Assembly (NCBI GenBank): GCA_048213135.1
Contig: PS015041.1
Location: forward strand, 83,593 to 103,838
DNA from: Reclinomonas americana ATCC 50394
Taxonomy: Eukaryota
DNA: 20,246 nt
Direction: 5' to 3'
Shown here: in pieces, positions 14,335 to 20,246 of the stretch
Layout of the letters: every line of letters begins with the position of its first letter
Position numbering within the stretch: the first letter of the stretch is position 1
The notes under the pieces: generated by a model
Database searches by the model: none
What the model was told of the DNA's origin: nothing
The model's input: only the letters and a program-made list of their open reading frames with translations
Position numbers and translations under genes: made by a program

Positions 14335-15607
14335 ATGATTTCGAAGGCGTGGAGTGTGTGGTGTGAGGCTGAAGATGCACTGGTCAAGGAGACGGGGTTT
14401 GTGCCGGGACGCAGTGAGAGCGCGTGTATTGCGCGACTGGCCAAGCTTCTGAGAGTGCCTTGTGAGTCGTGCTCAGTCAGTCGCGCATGCGTGTGAAATA
14501 GATTCTCATTGTGCGTGTGTTGCGCAGTGAGTGCGGCTCGCAAGGTTGCTGCTGCGAAGGCTGAGTTGTCGCGTGCATCGAAACCCCCACCTGCAGCCGC
14601 GGTGGTGCCACAATCGCCACCTCGTCCACTTGGAATGTGCGTGCCTTTCTGATTGTGCGTGTGCACTTCTCTGTGTAGATCTAAAGACCCTGACGCCTGC
14701 TTCGCTCCTCCAGTGCTATGGCACGCTTGCCGCCCCGCAGTCCTCAGGCTTTGTCTGCTCCGTCTGCGCCAGGACCCAGTTCCTCGCATCCTCAGCAGCA
14801 ATCGGGCCCACCTCCACCGCGGTCGGCCGCGGCTCCACTCGCGTCACCACCGCCACCAACACCACCACCACCACATGTGGTAACAGAGCCGCCATCGGCC
14901 TTTCGTGTCGTAAAACCTCGCAAGGAGACGTTTGATCAGCGATTCGCGGAGGTGCCCAACAGCCCTGTGGTGGACGTGTCGCCGCTGATCAAGCGCCCCT
15001 GTCGCCGCCGTTTGACTATCAGAGCTCGCCGATGATTCGTCACCTGTTGTTGGCTTGCATGCAGTGTACAGGAAGGTTGTCGTTCACTCCTGCGAGAGCG
15101 ATGTGGGTACAGTGGTGCACGTGGCGATCACATCTGTCTATTCACGACGCAGACAACCTTGCCTCGAGTTCCTGTAAACTTGTATTGGATGCTCCGACAG
15201 TATGCCTTGCAAGTGCTGCATGCAGCTGTTGCTCGCTTGTTGGCGAATGAATTGTTGTTGCTGTTGGAGCTCGACTTATGTAGACGAATACAGGGCCCGG
15301 GGCGGTCCTGGTGGCCGTGTACGTCGCGCGCGTAGCAGAGAACAAGCCAAAGTGCCCCGGCCACTCCCAGTTGATGTCGTCACGGGCTGCTCGACGCGCA
15401 TTTGACCTCGTCAGGAGCATCCCACCAGCCAGCCCCCCTGTCATGGGCAGTGAGGTGCGCACGGCACTCAAGGCGAGCCGCGAGGAGTTCGAGGCGGTGG
15501 TCGACGCTGAGTCCGCACGCGGTCTCGCTGATGCCCAGAAGCGTTCTGAGGCGATGCAGGCGCGTGAGCACGCACACGTGCAGGGGCGCCGCGATCAGCC
15601 CTCTTGA
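14335..15607 (+). CDS. Hypothetical protein (~327 aa) with degenerate Myb/SANT-like N-terminus and Pro-rich middle
   Basis: Exons 14335-14461, 14528-14636, 14714-15009, 15072-15199, 15284-15607 splice in frame. N-terminus WCEAEDALV..PGRSESACIARLAKL resembles the W..EED..L / PGRS...C..R Myb pattern. The 3' end could extend to 15752 via another intron. Confidence 0.55.
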
Positions 15608-15787
15608 GTCACCCGCCTCCGCTGCCCCTTACACGGGCGAGAGCGTTACCCCAGCGGCTGTTGCTTGCCTCACTCTGCAACTGGCCACGAGTTTCTGCCG
15701 CGAGACGTTGTTTGTTGTATCGCCGCTGATACTCGCCGCTCGTGCCGTCTGAGTTCGTCGACTATTCACAGCTTTCCTGCGCGCGCG

Positions 15788-15827
<40 letters not shown>

Positions 15828-16150
15828 TCAACCACGCACAATTATCAGGCGTGGAACCCACACTTGTTTTTGGCCGTGAGTTCTTCTCTGATATTTATCC
15901 CATGGTTCTCATGCTGTGCCGTTGAACATGCGCATGAATCCTTCCTCCTCACAGTGCGCGCGCGGTGCCCACACCAGCGATCTGTCTCTTCTGTCCTCGA
16001 GATCTCCTCATGCTCTCACCTCGCACTTACACAATGCGCGCAACGTGCTGAGTTGCTTTCTCAGAGTCTTTGTGCGCACAACTCTTGTGAGAAGAATAAA
16101 CATCCCCCCTTTGCCGTCTCCTGACTCACCCCGGTCGCACTCGCGTGACG

Positions 16151-17673
16151 ATGAGATATCGTAGGGCGGCGCAGCGCGGGAAAATCTCCCGCCAATCAAC
16201 ACAAACTCCCCACTTCGCACGCAGCATGCGCACAGCGCCTCGCTCTCTGCCCTCTGTGGCCACCTCCTCCTCTGTCGACCCGTCCTCGCTTTCATCGGTG
16301 CCTGTGTGGCTGCGCAATGTGTGTGTCGCGGCCTTTACTCTGCTCTGCATTGCTGTCTATGGAAAAACCCTGACGCCCGGCGTCGGAGGCGGTGACAGTG
16401 GCGAGTTGGTGGGCGTTGGTGAGTGGGAGGGAGAGGGATGAAGGGAGGAAGGAGAAAGGGGGAGAGGGAGGGAAGAGGGAAAGGGGAAAGGAGAGTGTGC
16501 GGAGAAAGTGTGTGTGTGTGAGAGAGAGGGAGGAGGGGGGAGGGTGCGTGTGGCCTTGAGTCACGATGCAGCGCGTTCTCCTCTTGTCTTTCTCTTCTCT
16601 TTAGCACACTCAATCTCTCTCTGTCGCCTCTCTTTCTGTCTCTTCTGTGTCTCTCTCTCAGTATCCCTCTTCTCGTTCTCTCTCCTTCTCTCGTTCTTCT
16701 TCTGTGTCTCTCTCCTTGTCTCCTTCTCTCTCCTGTCTCTCTGCAGTCTCTCTCTCTTTCTTGTCTCCTCTTCTTTTCTCCTTTTCTCTCTGTCTCTCTC
16801 TTCTCGTTCTCTCTCCTTCTCTCATTCTGCTTCTGTCTCTCTGCTGCTCTCTCCTTGTCTCTTCTTCTCTCTCCTGTCTCTCTCCTGTCTCTCTCCTTCT
16901 CTTGCTCTCTCTTTCTCTCCTTGTCTCCTTCTCTCTCCTGTCTCTCTGTAGTCTCTCTCCCTCCTTCTCTTGCTCTTCTCTGCTTCACACACTCTCTCTT
17001 TCTTTGCTCTTCTGTTCTTTTCTCTTTCTCTCTCTGTCTCTCTCTCTGCTGCTCTCTCCTTGTCTCTTCTTCTCTCCTGTCTCTCCTGTCTCTCTCCTTC
17101 TCTTGCTCTCTCTCTCTCTCTCTTTCTCTCCTTGTCTCCTTCTCTCTCCTGTCTCTCTGCAGTCTCTCTCCCTCCTTCTCTTGCTCTTCTCTCCTTCACT
17201 CTCCTCTTGCTCTCTACTTCCCTCTCCTTCTCTGTCTTCTCTCTATCTCTCTTTGACACCTCACCACTCCTTCTCCCCCCGCCCCCCTTCAGCTGGCGTC
17301 CTCGGCGTCGCCCACCCGCCCGGCTATCCGACCTTCACGCTCCTCACACACTCGGCGCTGGCGGTGCTCGGTCGCCTCTTCCCCTCAGCCTCGCCCGCCT
17401 GGTGCGCCAACGCCGCCAATGCCGTGTGCGCCGGTCTCGCGGCCGGCCTGCTCATGCTCGTGGCGTGCAAGCTGACACGGAACAACCTGGCGGTGGCCAC
17501 GCTGGTGGGCGCTGCATTCGCCTTTAGTCCGTTGACGTGGCGGCATGCGGTGACGGCCGAGGTGTTTGCGCTGAACAATCTGTTCACCACTCTGCTGTTG
17601 TGGTTGGTGTGCGAGTTTGCCGATGTGCTGCAGCGGGAGATGCTGGCGAGGGATGAGGATGATGTGAAGGATG
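16151..17673 (+). CDS. TMEM260: TMEM260/DUF2723-family membrane glycosyltransferase (protein O-mannosyltransferase-like), N-terminal ~216 aa only
   Basis: Exons 16151-16418 and 17293-17673 give [38 protein letters not shown] ... FAFSPLTWRHAVTAEVFALNNLF, matching the DUF2723 GDSGE/HPPGYP/AEV motifs. No downstream exons found. Confidence 0.85.
16419..17292. repeat. Pyrimidine-rich degenerate repeat intron (874 nt)
   Basis: Nearly pure C/T on + from ~16575 with recurring CTCTCCTTGTCTCCTTCTCTCTCCTGTCTCTCTG blocks. Confidence 0.85.
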
Positions 17674-17859
17674 GTGAGGCATAGGAGGGGGGAGAGGGGA
17701 AGAGGGAGGGGGGAGAGGGAAAGGGAGGGAGACAGGGGTTGGGTACAGGCAGACGAAGCAAGAGTGTAATAGAGAGAGATGACCCTTGAGCAATGACAAC
17801 TTGACGACGCACGAGAGAGAAGGAGAACGTGTGCTTGTTTCAGCTTTTGTTGAGCAGTG

Positions 17860-17890
<31 letters not shown>

Positions 17891-18100
17891 AGACGGCTGC
17901 GTGCTGCCATGTACAAGGCAGAGGAGAATGCAACGTGTTGTTGAGAATGTGAAGCACTTGAGAAACATAGAGAAGACGGCTGCATAGAGTCAAAGAGGAG
18001 TGCGAGCCGATGAAACACGAGAGAGACAGTGATAGAAAGAGAATGCAAACGTGGTTTCGCGTCTGGAAGCAGATGTACCACGAGAGAAACAGAGGGATAC

Positions 18101-18340
18101 TGCCAGGCAGCGAATGTGAGTTGCATTTGAAGCGGACAGGCACGAGAAAGAGTGAAGTGCTGATCGTGACTGTATCGGAAGTCGAAGAAAACTGCAGCCT
18201 TAGCAATCAAGAAAAGAAAACGCACACGCACGCACCGAGCGAAGCATCACTGTCAATTTGACACCTCACATGCGTAATTCTTGAGTGAAAACAATGTGCG
18301 TGGATTACTTCTCCATCATTGTGCTCACTTCTCGCGCCAT
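18101..18340 (-). CDS. Possible exon fragments of an unidentified minus-strand gene cut by the gap
   Basis: Open frame GARSEHNDGEVIHAHCFHSRITHVRCQIDSDASL ends at a G|GTGCGT donor (18235). A 44-nt intron to CAG continues in frame as VFFDFRYSHDQHFTLSRACPLQMQLTFAAW. No recognisable homology. Confidence 0.3.
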
Positions 18341-18360
18341 NNNNNNNNNNNNNNNNNNNN

Positions 18361-18416
18361 GACTCCATGTTGGGTGAGTGGAGGGAAGGAGAGAGAGAGA
18401 CAAGTGACAAGACACA

Positions 18417-18466
<50 letters not shown>

Positions 18467-19634
18467 AAGGAGGAAGGGAAGGACGTGTGTGTGTGTGTGT
18501 GTGAGTCTGTGTGCAAGAAGGGGAGTATGCATGTGAGCGTGTCATTATGTAAGGCAGTTAGTCAATGCTCTCATTCTCATTCTCTCTCTGTCTCAGCAAA
18601 CATCATGGACAAGGAGCCACTTGACGTGGACGACGCCGGCATTCCTTTCATTGATCGCGATGGGCCTCTATTCGCGCACATTCTCAGCTATCTCAGAACA
18701 GGTGTGATCACTGAGCGAGTGAGACTCTCTCTCTCTTTCTCTCTCATTTACGAGTTGTCTGTGTGGCAGGCCTTCTCCCGTCCACTCTGGCACAAGCCGA
18801 GTTGGAGGCACTTGACGAGGAGGCTCGCTTCTATGGCCTCTCCAGTCTGTGTCAGGTGCTGGCGGCACGTTCGGAGGAGCGATACCGCACGTTGCGCGCG
18901 TATGGCACCTACGTGTCGTTTGTGCCCGAGTCGGATCAGCCGCAGTGTGTGGTGCGCTTCGATGCCGATGGAGGCATGGAGATCTTTGTGACCAACAAGA
19001 TGAAGGAGGATGTCATGTGGCATGGACAGGGACGAGTGATCCCCGTCATGGCGCAGAGTCGGCTGGGGTGCGCTTCCGTGTCGCCTTACCCCTCGTCCAC
19101 TCCGCGATCTCATTGTGTGTGTGTGTGTGTGCGTGTACGGGCAGGTTGCGCTCGCGGCTGGCGCAGTTGCAGTACTCGCGCGATGCGGAGCAGAGTGAGC
19201 GGCCGACCTTCACGCCCGGCGACATGCTCAGTGTGCCGACATCGGTGGTGTCGACGCCGGCGGTGCCGATGCGACCTGTGACTTCGTCCATCGCCGGAGG
19301 AGGAGCAGCGGCAGCGGCGGGAGGCAGGGGCAGTTCATCGGGGGGTTCAGGTGCGACGGTCGTGTCGCCACTGTACAATCGGGAGCAGCCGCTGTGGGAG
19401 TTCACGGTGACGAATCTGGAGAATTTTGTCAGCGGCACGTGCTTTGTCAGTGACGAGTGGGCGATTGAGGGCACGATCAGTCTCGGCACGGATCACACGC
19501 TGCACATGTGGACGCGTGCTCATCGGGATCTGACGCAGACGCTGTTCCCGTCGGCCGTGCATTTCATGGAGCTCAAGCATTACACGGGCAATCTGAGTCC
19601 GCCATTCCCCAACGCCGGCATCAGTGCAATGTAG
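18361..19634 (+). CDS. KCTD-type BTB/POZ (T1) domain protein, 5' end lost in gap
   Basis: Exons 18361-18373, 18597-18701, 18770-19067, 19145-19634 are in frame. DSMLA..FIDRDGPLFAHILSYLRTG..LEALDEEARFYGL is the BTB_2/KCTD signature. The C-terminal part is unrecognised. Confidence 0.85.
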
Positions 19635-19677
19635 AGAGCAGTGATTCGAGAAACATCGCATTGCATTCACTGTCCCA

Positions 19678-20148
19678 TCAGTCCGAGTCGTCGAGCACGA
19701 TAATTTCCGGCTCGCCCGACGCCGGCGGCCGTGGTGCTGCCGGCTTCTGCCACGGCGCCGGCGGCGCAAAGTCCAAGTCGCACAGGTCAACCACCTCCGC
19801 CTCCTCTGCGCCGTCCCACCGGTCGCTCTCCAAGAACTCTTCATCGTCGTCGTCGTCTTCGTAAACTTCAGCGTCCGCGTCGTGACCCTCTGCGTCGTCT
19901 CTCTGCCCGCCTGTTGCAGGCGGCGGCGCACGTCGACTGCTCCTGTCGTCACTGTCGTCGCTGTAATCGTCGTCGTCGCTGTGGACGTTTTGGTGCGCTT
20001 GACCGGGCTTGCGGCGCGAGCGTGCCGGAGTGCCGCCGTTCGACTCTGGCGGGCAGCGGAAGGTGCCGTCGGGGAAGAGGATGACAGAGTTGGCGGTGCT
20101 CGGGAGTTGCTGCAGCGCCGCTTGCATCGTGCGATCCAACAGGAGGTC
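19678..20148 (-). CDS. Last exon of a probable Siz/PIAS-like (SP-RING) SUMO E3 ligase
   Basis: Polypyrimidine tract plus CAG acceptor at 20149. DLLLDRTMQAAL..SVILFPDGTF resembles the post-SP-RING 'L.ID....IL..V.V.PDGSW' segment. It is followed by acidic tracts and SIM-like VVDLCD and EIIVLDDSD-stop. The RING itself is outside the window. Confidence 0.6.
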   Translation of the reverse strand, partial: DLLLDRTMQAALQQLPSTANSVILFPDGTFRCPPESNGGTPARSRRKPGQAHQNVHSDDDDYSDDSDDRSSRRAPPPATGGQRDDAEGHDADAEVYEDDDDDEEFLESDRWDGAEEAEVVDLCDLDFAPPAPWQKPAAPRPPASGEPEIIVLDDSD

Positions 20149-20246
20149 CTGCGTGAGGGGGAAAGGTGAGAGAGAGAACAAAAGGGAAAGGGGGAGAGAG
20201 CGAAAAGGGAACGGGAAAGGGAGAGAGAGCAAATGGGAAAGGCAGG

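Noticed and set aside
16647-17292. N-terminal Ser/Leu-rich part of the 345-aa ORF
   Set aside because: Intronic CT repeat; the real upstream exon is 16151-16418, which completes the GDSGE-HPPGYP motif.
18093-18100. Minus-strand GTATCCCT resembling a U12-type donor (GTATCCTT)
   Set aside because: One mismatch, no clear TCCTTAAC branch site, and the host gene model is weak.
18891-19151. Further GTTGCG hexamers at 18891 and 19145 (also 4671)
   Set aside because: They lie inside frame-consistent exons and are not needed as donors, so they were not counted. They show the motif alone is not sufficient for splicing.

Overview
Very compact, intron-rich eukaryotic (protist-like) genomic DNA with three N-gaps. 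By hand-splicing I reconstruct eight genes: an APH/type-II-homoserine-kinase-like phosphotransferase (-, 3' end outside the window), a predicted dual-acylated (MGCSCS) acidic/Pro-rich protein (+), Clp1 (-), a 22-exon alpha-actinin (-), a protein with a degenerate Myb-like N-terminus (+), an incomplete TMEM260/DUF2723 homologue (+), a KCTD-type BTB protein (+), and the last exon of a Siz/PIAS-like SUMO ligase (-). The main observation concerns splicing. About 14 of roughly 53 inferred introns start with a one-base-shifted donor, GTTG(C/A)G(T), instead of GT(G/A)(A/C)GT. All 14 follow a non-G last exon base, and none of about 30 G-terminated exons uses this donor. This points to a common second 5' splice-site class or recognition register. 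Long introns are filled with locally born tandem repeats and microsatellites, and intergenic distances are often under 90 nt. All gene models were made by eye without transcript evidence.
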